64,000 nt of DNA, from the NCBI GenBank assembly GCA_964016885.1, contig OZ024749.1, forward strand, positions 53,940,001 through 54,004,000. Reading direction: 5' to 3'. A model generated the notes under the pieces. It saw nothing but the letters and a program-made list of their open reading frames with translations, was not told where the DNA came from and made no database searches. This stretch comes from Eledone cirrhosa (taxonomy: Eukaryota). This document shows, piece after piece, positions 35,363 through 51,045 of this stretch (positions are counted from its first letter, which is position 1; every line of letters begins with the position of its first letter). A program made the position numbers and the translations under genes.

Positions 35363-38300
35363 CAAACAAACAAATTAACAACACACCAAAACAATTAAAA
35401 CCATCCACTCTCGCCTCTACATTTTTGCTTAACGCCCAAGGCATCAGCCCTTCCACCAATACTCAAAAATGGAAGATCAAATTCCTGGAGGACTGGATTG
35501 ATGTCCATCCAAACCACATCCCTTTCTTCGTCCTCACTGAAACCCATCTCAGTAACCTCCACTTGGAAGCCGAGGTGAAAGTGAAAAATTTCAAAGCCAT
35601 CCGTGCTGATCGCGCTGGCAGAAGAAAGGGCGGAACTGCCATTTATGTCCATAATTCTTTCTCAACAGAGGCTATGAACATATTCACTAATGGATACTGT
35701 GAGGCAGTCACTGTATTCAGTCAAACCAACAACCTATTAGTAGTTGGGCTCTATAGGCCACCCCAAACGCCTGTACCATGCTTCAAGGAATGCCTCAACA
35801 GCATAAAGTGTTTCATCCAAGAGTGTCACCCTGACAACATCTTAATGATGGGGGACTTCAACCTCCCCGGAGTTGACTGGTCCACAAACACCCTGCCACC
35901 AGGTTCTTCTGCCTCAACCTCTGACAGGGAAGCTGTGGAATCGCTTCTTGACTTCATGGATGATTTCTTCCTATCCCAACTAGTGCTCGAACCAACGAGG
36001 TGCCACAAAAACGTCCTAGACTTAATTTTCAGCAATCACACTGACAATATCCACAATATTGCAGTGGAGAAAACTCTACTCTCTGATCATGACATGGTTC
36101 TCTGTGATCTGAGATTCCACCGTCCAATATACAAACCCAATGTCATTTCTCCTGTCCATCCGTTTGACGCTATGGATTTCCACAATGCAAACTGGGAAGC
36201 GATCAGTCATGATCTTGCACATGTCGACTGGTCCTTCACGCACACTCATACACCCACTAACATCAAAAAGTCCTGGCAGACATTTGTGGACACTGTTACA
36301 AACATATGTGCTAAACACACCCCATTAAGAACTATAAACAAATCTAAGAGCAGAATCCCTAGAAATAGAAAAACGCTCATCAGAAAAATTAAGAGAACGA
36401 ACAAAAAAATCAACAATCTGAAATACTGTCAGCAGCAACACATCAACTTGACTGCCATTTCATCACTAGAGATTAAAAAACATAACCTCCAAAACAACAT
36501 AATGTCCCTCATCAACAATCAGAGAAGAGCTGAAGAGGCCTGGGCCATTGAGAAGATCAAACTCAATCCCAAAGTGTTCTTTTCATTTGCAAAAAAACAC
36601 AAAATCACTGGCTCTACTGTTGGCCCTCTAATTGATGAAAATGGCACTCTTCAAGACAATGCTAAAACCATGGGTGAGATACTGCAGAAACAATACTGCT
36701 CTGTTTTCAGCAATCCTGATATGGCCGATCTGGGCTGTATCGGCGATGTTACTCCCCATTACACCTTATCGGACATAACGTTTGGCGCCCCTGATGTCTT
36801 GGCGGCAATAAAGGAAATCAAGCATAATTCAGCAGTAGGTCCCGATAGGTTCCCTGCTTGTGTCTTGAAGGCGTGTCAACACCAACTTGCTTCTCCTCTT
36901 GCCAATCTGTGGCGGAACTCACTGGATGCTGGATATGTGCCAGAAAACCTTCTATCCCAGTCTGTTGTCCCAGTTTTCAAAAAGGGAAACAAATCCCTTG
37001 CCGTGAATTACCGTCCAATCTCACTCACCTCTCATATCATTAAGGTATTTGAGCGAGTGGTGAGATCGCGAATGACCCACTTCCTTGAGAGTAACAATAT
37101 GCTGAACTCCAACCAGCATGGATTCCGTAATGGAAGGGATTGCCTGACGCAACTACTGCATCACTTTGATGACATTTTGAGAGCCTTGGGAGAGGGTTCC
37201 AACACTGATGTTATCTACCTTGATTTCAGCAAGGCCTTTGACAGGGTTGATCATAACATTCTACTGAGAAAGCTGTCCAATATTGGTGTCACTGGAAAGC
37301 TGCTGCAGTGGATCAAGAGCTTCCTGTCAAACAGAACCCAACATGTTGTAGTTGAGGGAGTCAAATCAAGCCCAGCCAAAGTCAGTAGTGGAGTCCCACA
37401 AGGCACTGTGTTGGGCCCACTTCTCTTCATCATCTATATTAATGACATCACTGACATCATCAAACACAGCAACATTAAAATTTTCGCTGATGATTCCAAG
37501 CTCCAAAAGGTCATCAATGGCGTGGATGACCGGATAAGCCTTCAGTCAGACCTACTGGCTGTTACCCAATGGGCAGAAAAGAACAACATGTTACTGAACG
37601 AAGACAAATTCGAACTGATCCACTTTGGAAAAGAGGATGCTCTGAAACTCCCGTACTCCCTTCCCTCCGGGGAAACTCTCGTGGCATCTAACAACATCAG
37701 AGACTTGGGAGTAACCGTGGACAGCAACATAAGCTGGACCACGCATATAAGCAGCAAAGTTGACATGGCCCGCAGAATGTGTTCCTGGATCCTCAGAACC
37801 TTCCAGTCGAGAGATTCCCGCACCATTATCCTTCTCTTCTCTACTTTCGCCCGACCACACCTTGAATACTGTTGTCCACTGTGGTCTCCCCACACGAAAC
37901 AAAGTATCATGAAACTTGAAGCTCCTCAAAGGGCAATCACGAAAAAGATAGATGGCATGTCAGACCTTGACTACTGGGGTCGATTGGAAAACCTGAAACT
38001 TTACTCACTCCAACGTCGCCGTGAGCGTTATATTATCTGCATGATGTGGAAAATGTTCCATCATCACTGCCCAAATGATGTTGGCATCGCCTTCAAGATA
38101 CACCCAAGGCTTGGGCCCCGTGCTATCCGTCCCATTCAAAAATCTAAATCGCAACTCATAACAACAATACGGCACAATTATTTCACCTCAATCGGCCCTG
38201 CTCTCTTCAACATCACACCAGGACACGTCAAAACAGAAACTGACCACACAAAATTCAAGAAGTCTTTGGACAAATTCCTCCAAGTAATCCCGGACAAACC

Positions 38301-38370
38301 ACCCACACCCGGATATGTCTCCGCAAACAGTAATTCTCTTCTCGAATGGGCCATGGTGCCCAAATCCTGA
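35350..38370 (+). CDS. LINE ORF2: apurinic-like endonuclease + reverse transcriptase (frame open from 35233; no AUG before the endonuclease)
   Basis: APE motifs LLNAQG, LTETHL, GDFN, LSDH; RT motifs [32 protein letters not shown]; CR1-type C-terminus [17 protein letters not shown]; no stops over 1006 codons. Confidence 0.95.
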   Translation: MLPLTNKQINNTPKQLKPSTLASTFLLNAQGISPSTNTQKWKIKFLEDWIDVHPNHIPFFVLTETHLSNLHLEAEVKVKNFKAIRADRAGRRKGGTAIYVHNSFSTEAMNIFTNGYCEAVTVFSQTNNLLVVGLYRPPQTPVPCFKECLNSIKCFIQECHPDNILMMGDFNLPGVDWSTNTLPPGSSASTSDREAVESLLDFMDDFFLSQLVLEPTRCHKNVLDLIFSNHTDNIHNIAVEKTLLSDHDMVLCDLRFHRPIYKPNVISPVHPFDAMDFHNANWEAISHDLAHVDWSFTHTHTPTNIKKSWQTFVDTVTNICAKHTPLRTINKSKSRIPRNRKTLIRKIKRTNKKINNLKYCQQQHINLTAISSLEIKKHNLQNNIMSLINNQRRAEEAWAIEKIKLNPKVFFSFAKKHKITGSTVGPLIDENGTLQDNAKTMGEILQKQYCSVFSNPDMADLGCIGDVTPHYTLSDITFGAPDVLAAIKEIKHNSAVGPDRFPACVLKACQHQLASPLANLWRNSLDAGYVPENLLSQSVVPVFKKGNKSLAVNYRPISLTSHIIKVFERVVRSRMTHFLESNNMLNSNQHGFRNGRDCLTQLLHHFDDILRALGEGSNTDVIYLDFSKAFDRVDHNILLRKLSNIGVTGKLLQWIKSFLSNRTQHVVVEGVKSSPAKVSSGVPQGTVLGPLLFIIYINDITDIIKHSNIKIFADDSKLQKVINGVDDRISLQSDLLAVTQWAEKNNMLLNEDKFELIHFGKEDALKLPYSLPSGETLVASNNIRDLGVTVDSNISWTTHISSKVDMARRMCSWILRTFQSRDSRTIILLFSTFARPHLEYCCPLWSPHTKQSIMKLEAPQRAITKKIDGMSDLDYWGRLENLKLYSLQRRRERYIICMMWKMFHHHCPNDVGIAFKIHPRLGPRAIRPIQKSKSQLITTIRHNYFTSIGPALFNITPGHVKTETDHTKFKKSLDKFLQVIPDKPPTPGYVSANSNSLLEWAMVPKS

Positions 38371-38457
38371 ATTGAAAGACTTCGCCAGGTGGTGCTATTA
38401 AGTTAGACATGGCCTGGGCCAATACTGGCCAAAACATTTCAAAGTTATTCAAAGTAT

Positions 38458-39962
<1,505 letters not shown>

Positions 39963-40115
39963 CAATTGTAAATAGATTGGATAGGGTATTTATGAAACAG
40001 TGGATTCTGACAGAATCACTAAATAAAAATACAAAAATAGATATAAGAGAGAGAGCGAGAGAAAGAGAGAGAGCGAGAGAAAGAGAGAGAGCGAGAGAAA
40101 GAGAGAGAGGCTTAC

Positions 40116-40214
40116 CTAAATGATACGAGTCAGATGTGTTACCACAGGCTTGTTGGATTTCAAGACTGTCCCAACCATGAGGGTAAATAGCAACTCCTCC
40201 TCCAATCAACATTC
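40116..40214 (-). CDS. LHFPL6: LHFPL6/LHFP-like tetraspan protein, penultimate coding exon ((G)[32 protein letters not shown])
   Basis: 99-nt phase 1-1 exon; pyrimidine tract + ACAG| acceptor and G|GTAAG donor on minus; YPxGWDSxE..QxCG motif of the LHFPL family. Confidence 0.88.
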
Positions 40215-40684
40215 CTGTAAAAAACAGAAATAAAATTGAGAAACAGTTATATGGTTAATTAACATATCTGATAAAAGGAAAACAGATTTACGGAGCCAGA
40301 AAACAGATTAAAGGAGGCAAAAAAACAACAACAGATTTATAAAGAGAGAAAACAGATTTATAGAGGCAGTGTACTTTTTTAAAGAGAAAACAGAAAACAG
40401 ATTTAAGGATACAAAAAAAAGATTTACGGCGAAAGAAAACAGCAAAAATTAACAGATATATGAAGGTAGAAAACAGAAAACTGATTTATGAAAACAAACA
40501 GATTGACAAATAATTGGACGGTTTCAGCTTCACAACTGAAAAGAGGTATTAGCCCTGAAAGATGTTGAAATATACTGAGCAAAACATTACTTTGTTTTGT
40601 TCAATTTGTCAGTATTTTCTCTTCATATCGACTTAAAAAAAGATTCAGTGGTCTTTTACTATACACACACACACACACACACAG

Positions 40685-40715
<31 letters not shown>

Positions 40716-42039
40716 TGGTGATGATGCTGATAATGAAGAGGAGGAGAATGATGATTATGATGATAGTGAAAATGATGACTACAATGATGATGATGACGAT
40801 GATGATGACTTATTTCTCATGAGATAAGTTAGAAGATTCAGAAATTCACCATTTGTTGATGTATGAGAGCATTATAAATGTTGACAGCTCATTACCACCA
40901 CCACCATCAGCATCATCATCCCCACCACCATCAACACCACCATCATCACTATAATCATCATCATGATCACCATCATCATGATCACCATCAACACCACCAA
41001 CACTATAATTACCACCACCATCATCTTTATCATCACCGTCACCACCATCAGCATCATCACCACCACCATCACTATAATTATCATCACCATCAACACCATC
41101 AACACCACCACCACCACCGCCAGGTAAGATACAGGAGATGGAAGTAATAGAGACAGTTCTCAAGGAAAGCCGATTCTGCATTTTTTTGGGGAAAAATCTA
41201 TCAATTTCTTGTCTTGTGTTGTTGTGTCTTGTGTTATTGTTGTTGTTTTTATCTAATAAATCAGAAACTATATATATTGTTATATATTGTTATATATATT
41301 GTTATATATTGTTATATATATTGTTATATATATTATATATATTGTTATATATATATATATTGTTATATATATTATATATATTGTTATATATTGTTATATA
41401 TATTGTTATATATATTGTTATATATATTATATATATTGTTATATATATTGTTATATATATATTGTTATATATATTATTATATATATTATATATATTGTTA
41501 TATATATTATATATATTGTTATATATATTATATATATTGTTATATATTGTTATATATATTATATATATTGTTATATATATTATATATATATTATATATAT
41601 TGTTATATATTGTTATATATATTATATATATTGTTATATATTGTTATATATATTATATATATTGTTATATCTATTGTTATATATCCCAGTGTATTACTGA
41701 TAAAATAAAGTACCAGTAATACACTGAGATAATTGCTGACTTTGTGCCAAAAGTAGAAACAATTATATATATTGTTATATATATTATATATATATTGTTA
41801 TATGTATTGTTATTTATATTATTATATATATTACATATATATTGTTATATATATTACATATATATTGTTATTTAAAAGCTTCTTATGTCATCCATTCATA
41901 CAGTTATCAATCTATTTATCACACAAACACACAGTCACTACAGATACATACACACGCCCATATATATGCACACCCACACACAAGCAAGTATACACACAGG
42001 CACATGCATATACACATACAGGCACACACAACATGTTCA

Positions 42040-42512
42040 AACTTTACATGAAGCTTTATAAATCTGTACTCGCTTCACATGTGGCTTTATGAATCTGTAA
42101 TGGCTTCACATGTGGCTTTGTAAATCTGTACTAGTATATGTAGCTTTATAAATCTGTACTGGCTCTACATGTGGCTTTATGAATCTTTACTGACCCCACA
42201 TGTGGCTTTGTAAATCTGGACTAGCTCCACATGTGGCTTTATAAATCTATACTGACTTCACATGTGGCTTTATAGATCTACAAAGACTTCACATGTGGTT
42301 TATAAATCTATACTGACTTCACATGTGGCTTTATAGATCTACAAAGACTTCACATGTGGTTTATAAATCTATACTGACTTCACATGTGGCTTTATAGATC
42401 TACAAAGACTTCACATGTGGTTTATAAATCTATACTGGCTTCACATGTGACTTTATAGATCTACACTGACTCCACATGTGGCTTTATAGATCTATACTGA
42501 CTTCACATGTGG
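42040..42512. repeat. Minisatellite, 30-31-bp unit, about 15 copies
   Basis: CTTCACATGTGGCTTTATA(A/G)ATCTATACTGA. Confidence 0.92.
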
Positions 42513-42651
42513 GATGAATTGTTAGAACCTGTTCCAGTTCTGTTTTATATAAGTTGGAATGAGTCAACAAGATGGTGTCTCGATAGTTTTGTCAAAGTAG
42601 TTTATCTTGATTTTTCATTTTGGCACAAATCTCTCTCTGTATATGTATATA

Positions 42652-42702
<51 letters not shown>

Positions 42703-42865
42703 GGCTTTCAGCCCTCACTCCCTCACCTCACTTCTACCCTCTACCCTGCCCCCAGGTTCTGCATTATTATACCTAACACCTCTGCACCTACGATGAATCA
42801 TCCGCTCACATCTCACATCTCATTCCGAAGCCAATACTGTCATCTCCCCACCCTCTATCTATCAG

Positions 42866-42949
<84 letters not shown>

Positions 42950-43050
42950 TTATATATATATATATGTATATATATATATGTATATATATATATGGCTGTC
43001 AGCCCTCCCTTGCTTCATCTCTCTCTATATATATACACATACACACACAC

Positions 43051-43081
<31 letters not shown>

Positions 43082-43860
43082 TATATGTGTGTGCCTGTAA
43101 CCTTTCCCTTGCCTCTCACTCTCTCTCTATATATATCGCCCCCCCCCCCCCTCTCTCCCCCTCTCTCTATGACCAATCCCTATTGATTTCTTAACTCATT
43201 TGAATTGTATTTCTACAATAGTAAAGGATAACACACAATATTTGCATAAACACACACCGACACATACATACATACACACACATACACACACTGACACACA
43301 TATACATATACATACACACACCAACACACACATACACGCATACACAAACACATACACACATACACACACAACACACCGACAGAGGGAAATAATTACATGT
43401 ATGCACAAACACACACATATATGTATGTACACACACACACACACACATATATATATGTATACATTTACACATGAGCAAAAGCAAGAGAAACTTGCACACA
43501 CATACACATCCACACTTACACACAAACACACACATACATACACACCATAACATACACATCCACACTTACACACAAACACACACATACTTACACACCGTAA
43601 CATCCACATCCACACTTACACACAAACACACACATACATACACACCATAACATCCACATCCACACTTACACATAAACACACATGGAAGGTTGTATGCACA
43701 AAAGAATATATTTCAAAGATAGAGAAAAGAAAATTGTATGTTTTCTTCTAACAAATTAAAATAGAAATATTTCCTTGAATTTCTGGGGTTTCATAAAAAA
43801 ACCTGACAAATTAGTTTAATCCTAGATGGAAAATTTCTTGATGTCACACACATCTATATA

Positions 43861-44324
43861 CAGATAAAATTCCTTTATAACTTATACCATTATAACGAAT
43901 TTATCCGTATCATTATCATAATCATTGTTTTACGTCCATTCTTCCACGCTAGCATGGGTTAGATGGATCGTCCTGTTGTGAGCAGTGTCCGGTCAGCTGG
44001 CCTTGTCTTGTTCATACAGGAACTGATTCTGGCTCGATTTCTACAGCTGGATGCCCTTCCTATGAAGGTACACACAATTTATTATATGAAGAGAGACACA
44101 AAATGGATTAGTTACTGAATGACAAAAGAGCTTTAAGAAAATAAACAACCGGTTATTAAATCAATCAAGCCCTGTTTTTCAATCCCTGATGTAATAACAA
44201 ACAAATGCTTGATTTGTTTCGGTCGATCTCGTTATAACGAATTTTTCGTTACAACAAATTTTTTTTTATACCCCATGAATTGTTTTTATACCCCCATGAA
44301 TTTTGTTATAACGGAATTTCACTG
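43861..44324. mobile_element. pogo/Tigger-like MITE with nested RTE-tailed SINE fragment
   Basis: TA-CAGATAAAATTCCTTTATAAC...GTTATAACGGAATTTCACTG-TA; insertion at about 43910-44062. Confidence 0.7.
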
Positions 44325-45084
44325 TATAAACATTTACAGATTTACAAATATACAAAAGGTATATAAAAAAAATCACATTTGTTCTGAATTACATAAACCC
44401 ATCCTCCATATGTATGGGTGTATATATATATATATATATATATAGTGGTAGAACACTGGGAGGTAATATCCGTAGTAGTAGAGCACTCAGTCCATGGGAC
44501 GAGTTCAGTAGAAGTCAGTTCCACAATGATGATTAATTAACTGTTGTGGAACTAATATATATATATATATATATATATACATGTGTGTGTGTGTGTGTGT
44601 GTATGTATTTATGGTGTGTGCTTGGGTATATATGTATAGATATAGACAACAGATATATGGGTATGACATTTTATATATATATATATAGAGAGAGAGAGGG
44701 AGAAACACACGCACTCGATAATTGTGTTTTATTTTGCCCCGACACATAATCAAGAAGCTAAACCATATTTGGGAAGAGTTTTAACAGTTAAATCAACAAT
44801 ATCCATATCTAACAAGGGTGGAAATGGTAAAATAAACAGAATCTAGAATGTCTATGTCTGTAGGGAATACATGTCACTGTGTCACTGTTTGCTTCTGTCT
44901 GAAAATGGTGTGGAATAAAAGACTTAGTATTATGGGTGGAACACAATTGAAACTTTATATGTTTCGCTATCAATTTTTATCACCCTGGAATGATTTAGCA
45001 GAAAATATCTATAAAACAAGTTTGGTAATTCAAATGTTTATAGTATCTTTTCAAGTAGACAAGATTACATTTTAACAACCTATA

Positions 45085-45395
45085 AGTGGTAAGAAACTCC
45101 CAAGAAAGCTGGACAGCAGAAGGTCTTCAGAGAAGAAACTCTCAAGAAAGCTGGACAGTAGAAGGTCTCCAGAGAAGAAACTCTCAAGAAAGCTGGACAG
45201 TAGAAGGTCTTATAAGAAACCCCTCTCAAGAAAGCTGGACAGCAGAAGGTCTCCAGAGAAGAAACTCTCAAGAAAGCTGGACAGCAGAAGGTCTTCGGAG
45301 AAGAAACTCTCAAGAAAGTTGGACAGTAGAAGGTCTTATAAGAAACCCCTCTCAAGAAAGCTGGACAACAGAAGGTCTTCAAATAAGAAACCCAT
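45085..45395. repeat. Minisatellite, 42-44-bp unit, about 7 copies
   Basis: AGAAACTCTCAAGAAAGCTGGACAG(T/C)AGAAGGTCT. Confidence 0.92.
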
Positions 45396-46089
45396 TTCGA
45401 GTGAATGTTTCGGTCCTTGTAATGATTTAGCAGAAAATATCTAAAAATAAGTTTATTAATTCAAATGTTTATAGTGCCTTGTGAAAACCTTTTGTGGGGA
45501 GCTAGCAGAGGATGACAAGGATGACAGAGGATGACAAGACCTTTATCAAGCAGATTTATGATGACATAAACTGCAATCATCCCTCTGACCTGCCAAATAT
45601 GATAGAAAATAGAACTGGATATTAACATAAAAGTTAAGGATATTAGTATAACTTATTGATTGGGATAAATAATATCATTAAAAATGGACAGATCTTTGTA
45701 GAAATGTCCAATATAGGAGAAAAGACTTCAATATATGGTGCAGTCATAGTGCCGCTGTTTTGTATGTATATCATGAATGTCTTGCTAATGTGGTTTCCTC
45801 AATAGAAAATAGAAAATAATTTAGTTTCCAGGTTATTTTAAAGTGGAATATTGGAAAAACAATTTAAGATGAAAACTTGCAATATAAATAAAGACATATT
45901 CTGTAAGTTCATTACAAAAATTGAAAATCAATATTCTCAGAGTTCTTTGATAATATATATATATATGTGTGTGTGTCAATATATATGTGTGTGTGTGTGT
46001 CAATATATATATGTGTCTATGTGTATCTATACATATACGTATCTGTGTCTATGTGAGTCTATATATATGTGTGTGTGTCTATGTGAGTC

Positions 46090-46122
<33 letters not shown>

Positions 46123-46220
46123 CTATGTGAGTCTATATATATATATATGTGTGTGTGTGAGTCTATATATATATATGTGTGTGTGTGCATGAGTCTCTAT
46201 ATATATATGTGTCTATGTGA

Positions 46221-46277
<57 letters not shown>

Positions 46278-46365
46278 AGTCTATATATATATGTGTGTCT
46301 ATGTGAGTCTATATATATATATATATATGTGTCTATATATATATATGTGTGTGTCTATGTGAGTC

Positions 46366-46400
<35 letters not shown>

Positions 46401-46525
46401 CTATGTGAGTCTATATATATATGTGTGTGTGTCTATGTGAGTCTATATATATATATGTGTGTCTATGTGAGTCTATATATATGTGTGTGTGTGTGTGTGT
46501 GTCTATGTGTGTGTCTATGTGAGTC

Positions 46526-46556
<31 letters not shown>

Positions 46557-47089
46557 CTATGTGAGTCTATATATATATATGTGTGTGTGTGTCTATGTTA
46601 TTTCAACATTGGTTTACTGTTGTTCCATGTGGTAATAACAGACAGTAGAATACTAAATTTAATTTTTTATTAATTCTATATATCTACATACTTTTATCTT
46701 CTACATTTTATCTCAACCAAAGAATATTAATTTAAGATATCAATGGATATCAGTCAGTTTCGACGATGAACATTCCAGTTGTCTGCTCCTGAAATTAACG
46801 TGTAAGAGGCTGAGCATTCAACAGACAGGTCCCCTTTAGCTAAGACCTTCCACACTCTATATTTGTGTAACTCATCTAAAGGCATAACTTGTCTCTACTG
46901 GTTTTGTTATGTCAATGTTCACAGGAATGAATGGTTCCAATCTTCATATACTGAAACTGTAGTGATTTTCAGAAGTTACCTGAGGAGATGGGATTATCCA
47001 TCTTTCCATTGTGCTCCCTATTTTGAATTTATGTTCTAAAGAATTAGTCATGCGGGTTTTTTGAGACTATACACACGCACATATATATA

Positions 47090-47230
47090 TGTAAAAGGTA
47101 AACAGAAATAACAACACAATCGGTACAGTATATGGAAGAGATATATTAGGTTAACGCTTGATATAGCAGGAAGAGAGTCTTAACGTTTTGGATGTTAGTC
47201 CTTCATCAGAAGAAAGAATGAGAAATATGA
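47090..47230 (-). mobile_element. Penelope-like terminal repeat with decayed minimal hammerhead (47178-47213)
   Basis: TCTT-CTGATGA-AGGACTAACATCC-AAAA-CGTT-AAGA on minus; same family at about 52270-52395 (+) and 56400-56500 (-). Confidence 0.6.
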
Positions 47231-47517
47231 TAGATTGAGGGGATATATATATATATATACAGTCTGTTTGCTTTTTACGCAGAGATGTGTTCGTAAACGC
47301 AGCGCGTGAAATAAATTCACGTAATTCAAGTCAAATTTTCCTATAAATAAAAAAATTAAAAACCACACGCGTTATAGCATGTTATTCGTGCAAAGTGATT
47401 ATTTAATATACTTTTTTCATGATTCCAGTTCCTCAGTGAAATAACAACCCAACCAGGAACTGGGCATATCAGAGTATTGCAACAACATATGTACTTGTCT
47501 ATACCACACTAATTCGA

Positions 47518-47572
47518 ACTGCCTGAAGAGGTCACAGCCAAAGATGGCTGTCACTGAAATATATATAGCAGT
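47518..47572 (+). ncRNA. Type I hammerhead ribozyme
   Basis: ACTGC-CTGAAGA-GGTCACAGCCA(AAGA)TGGCTGTCACT-GAAA-TATATA-TA-GCAGT; complete core, stems I and II pair, palindromic stem III; followed by AATAAA. Confidence 0.75.
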
Positions 47573-47738
47573 AATAAACGAAGGTAAATTTTAAACATTT
47601 GACTTTTTATTTAACTTTATTTTACATTACTCCGGAGTAACGAAACCAACCTGCGCACTTCGTCGAGTGCTCCAGCCTGCATACTAAGGTGTTGGTATAC
47701 AACCAACATATACTCAAAATCTCTCTCTCTCTCTCTCT

Positions 47739-47741
<3 letters not shown>

Positions 47742-47803
<62 letters not shown>

Positions 47804-47808
47804 TATAG

Positions 47809-47865
<57 letters not shown>

Positions 47866-47870
47866 TATAG

Positions 47871-47953
<83 letters not shown>

Positions 47954-48016
47954 TATACATATATATATATATATATACATATATATACATATATATATAT
48001 ATATACATATATATAC

Positions 48017-48067
<51 letters not shown>

Positions 48068-48422
48068 CATATATATAGTTATACTTGGGGAGGGTCATAT
48101 TTGCGTAATATTGCCAGAATTAATAACAGAACACACTAATTCATCGCCGTTACATATATATAGATATACATATATATATACATATATATAGATACATATA
48201 TATTAAGATACATATATATATATATATATAGATAAATATATATATAGATACATAATATACATATATATATAGATACATATATATATATTATATATATAGA
48301 TACATATATATACATATATATATAGATACATATATATATATTATATATATATATATTATATATATAGATACATATATATATATATATTATATATATATAT
48401 AGATACATATATATATATATAT

Positions 48423-48484
<62 letters not shown>

Positions 48485-48560
48485 TATATATATATATATA
48501 TATAGATATATATATATATATATATAGATACATATATATATATATAGATACATATATATA

Positions 48561-48599
<39 letters not shown>

Positions 48600-48702
48600 T
48601 ACATATATATATATATATATTTATATTATATATATATATATATATAGATATATATATATATATATATAGATACATATATATATATATAGATACATATATA
48701 TA

Positions 48703-48735
<33 letters not shown>

Positions 48736-48740
48736 GATAC

Positions 48741-48795
<55 letters not shown>

Positions 48796-48939
48796 TACAT
48801 ATATATATATATATATAGAGAGAGAGATACATATATATACATGTATACATATACATATATATGTATTATATATATATATATATATATATATAGATACATA
48901 TATATATATATATTATATATATATAGATACATATATATA

Positions 48940-48974
<35 letters not shown>

Positions 48975-48979
48975 GATAC

Positions 48980-49010
<31 letters not shown>

Positions 49011-49069
49011 TTATATATATACTAACCCATGCTAGCATGGAAGATGGACGTTAAACGATGATGATGATG

Positions 49070-49109
<40 letters not shown>

Positions 49110-49200
49110 TATATACATATACATATATACATATTTATCCATATATATATATATATATACATATTTATATATACACAGATATATATATATATATATGTAT
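47742..49200. repeat. (TA)n-rich compound microsatellite block
   Basis: Direct inspection; interrupted by short unique/SINE-tail pieces. Confidence 0.9.
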
Positions 49201-49758
49201 ATATGATGTGCCAGCTTCATGACCTAATTTGTAATTCCTGGTGGAAGCAATTTCCCTTCACTTTTCTCTGTAATTCAATAAAAAAATAAGACAAGAACAA
49301 GCTGACAACTTCCTCTCTGTTTTATCTCAGAAATGTGACGAAGACTTTCAGTTTATGTAACACATCAAAGATTTATAGAGAACAAGGAGGAGAAGAAGGA
49401 TGATGATGGTGGTGTTATTATTATTATTATTATTAGAAGAAGAAAAAGAAAAAGAAAAAGAAAAAGGAGAAAAAGAAAGAAACAAACAAAGAAACAAACT
49501 GTTATTACTAAGGAAAAGAATTGTAATAAAATGTTTCACTTAAAAATAAAATAAAATTAAAAAATGAAATTCCACTAAAATATAACAACAACAAAAACAA
49601 GAGTAAATAAAATATAAAAATAAATATGAATGTATGAATTAAATATAAAACAATACATAAAAACACAAAAACAAAAAACAGACACAAAAAAGAAAAAACC
49701 TCAAGTCTTTTGAATGAAATATTTGCCAGACTTCAGTATTGGAAATTCAGAAGAATGA

Positions 49759-49826
<68 letters not shown>

Positions 49827-49884
49827 TCCATACACACACACACACACACACATACATAACACACACACACACACAACACACACA

Positions 49885-49919
<35 letters not shown>

Positions 49920-49930
49920 TACATACATAC

Positions 49931-50227
49931 ATCAGGAGTTTACAAATCCAGTATCCAAGATACACCTTTAGCTTCATACCCATCATTATTGGAGCTACGG
50001 GTTATATACCAACCCGCTTGGACCAAAGTATGACTGAACTTCGATTTGCGGACAAAGAGCGCAGCTCCCTAAATCATAGTCTACAAATGGCCGCGATAGC
50101 TGGCACCTTCAAAATTTGCAAAACATTCTTGCGATTCAAGGGATGACAATTTCTTTTCTATAACAACCTTGCCACCAGGAAGGTGGCCGGTCCAAAAAAT
50201 ATACTCGAAATTAAGAGAAAGAGATAA
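49931..50227 (+). mobile_element. 3' fragment of an R4/Dong-like RLE non-LTR retrotransposon
   Basis: Peptide ...FIPIIIGATGYIP...LQMAAIAGTFKICKTFL..* (stop at 50146) is typical of the RLE C-terminus; embedded in (CATA)n. Confidence 0.7.
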
Positions 50228-50333
50228 CATACATACATACATGCATGCATGCATGCATGCATGCATGCATGCATGCATGCATACATACATACATACATAC
50301 ATACATACATACATACATACATACATACATACA

Positions 50334-50365
<32 letters not shown>

Positions 50366-50964
50366 ATATATAGTGATTATTGTATCTGCAAGATTAAGAG
50401 AGTGCAAACAACTACAAGATAGAAAATAAAAACATTAACTGAAGCTTCAAGCTGGATAAACAAGTGTTTAAAGAGAAACCATTTTTTTGTGATAGGAATG
50501 GAAGACTATGACAATAAAACAAGTAGCTTTCTCTCTCTCTGTCTCTCTTTATCTATCTATCTCTCTCTTTTTCCATCTTCCACTTCATCTCTCTCTTTCT
50601 CTCTCTCTCTCTATCTCTCTCATTCTCCATCTACCTCTTCCTCTCCATATCTCCCTCACTCTCTCCACTAAACCAACAGACACCCCACTATATATACCCA
50701 ATCTCTCACCCCACTATATATACCCAATCTCACTATATATACCCAATCTCTCACCCCACTATATATACCCACTACACAGACCAGTTAGTAAAGATGAGTT
50801 CACATGTAAAACAATATGGAATCTTATGTCATTCCCTTTATTCAGTTTATACAATGTCACCCTTTAAACAATACTTTGCTAGGATTACATATATATATGT
50901 GTTACACTCCCTCCCTGGATATATATATATATATACATATTGTGTGTATGTATATATATATATA

Positions 50965-51045
50965 CAAGGTGTCTCCCTCCAAAATGTATACACACTTCAA
51001 CAGCATTCTAATAAATATGTGTACACATTTTTGGGGGACACCCTG
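50965..51045. mobile_element. Tc1/mariner-type mini-MITE (same family as 7128-7203)
   Basis: Same core CACACTTCAACAGCATTCTAATAAATA, TIRs and TA flanks. Confidence 0.8.

Larger units (their letters stand above)
35193..38457 (+). mobile_element. CR1-clade non-LTR retrotransposon (LINE), 5'-truncated within ORF1, intact ORF2, short 3' UTR
   Basis: Higher-GC block between two TA/CA microsatellites; ORF1 tail, APE-RT ORF2, 3' UTR with GGCCA-ATAC-TGGCC hairpin and tandem TTCAAAGT end. Confidence 0.93.

Noticed and set aside
40716-41147. Poly-Asp and poly-His ORFs
   Set aside because: (GAT)n/(CAC/CAT)n trinucleotide repeats with no recognisable homology.
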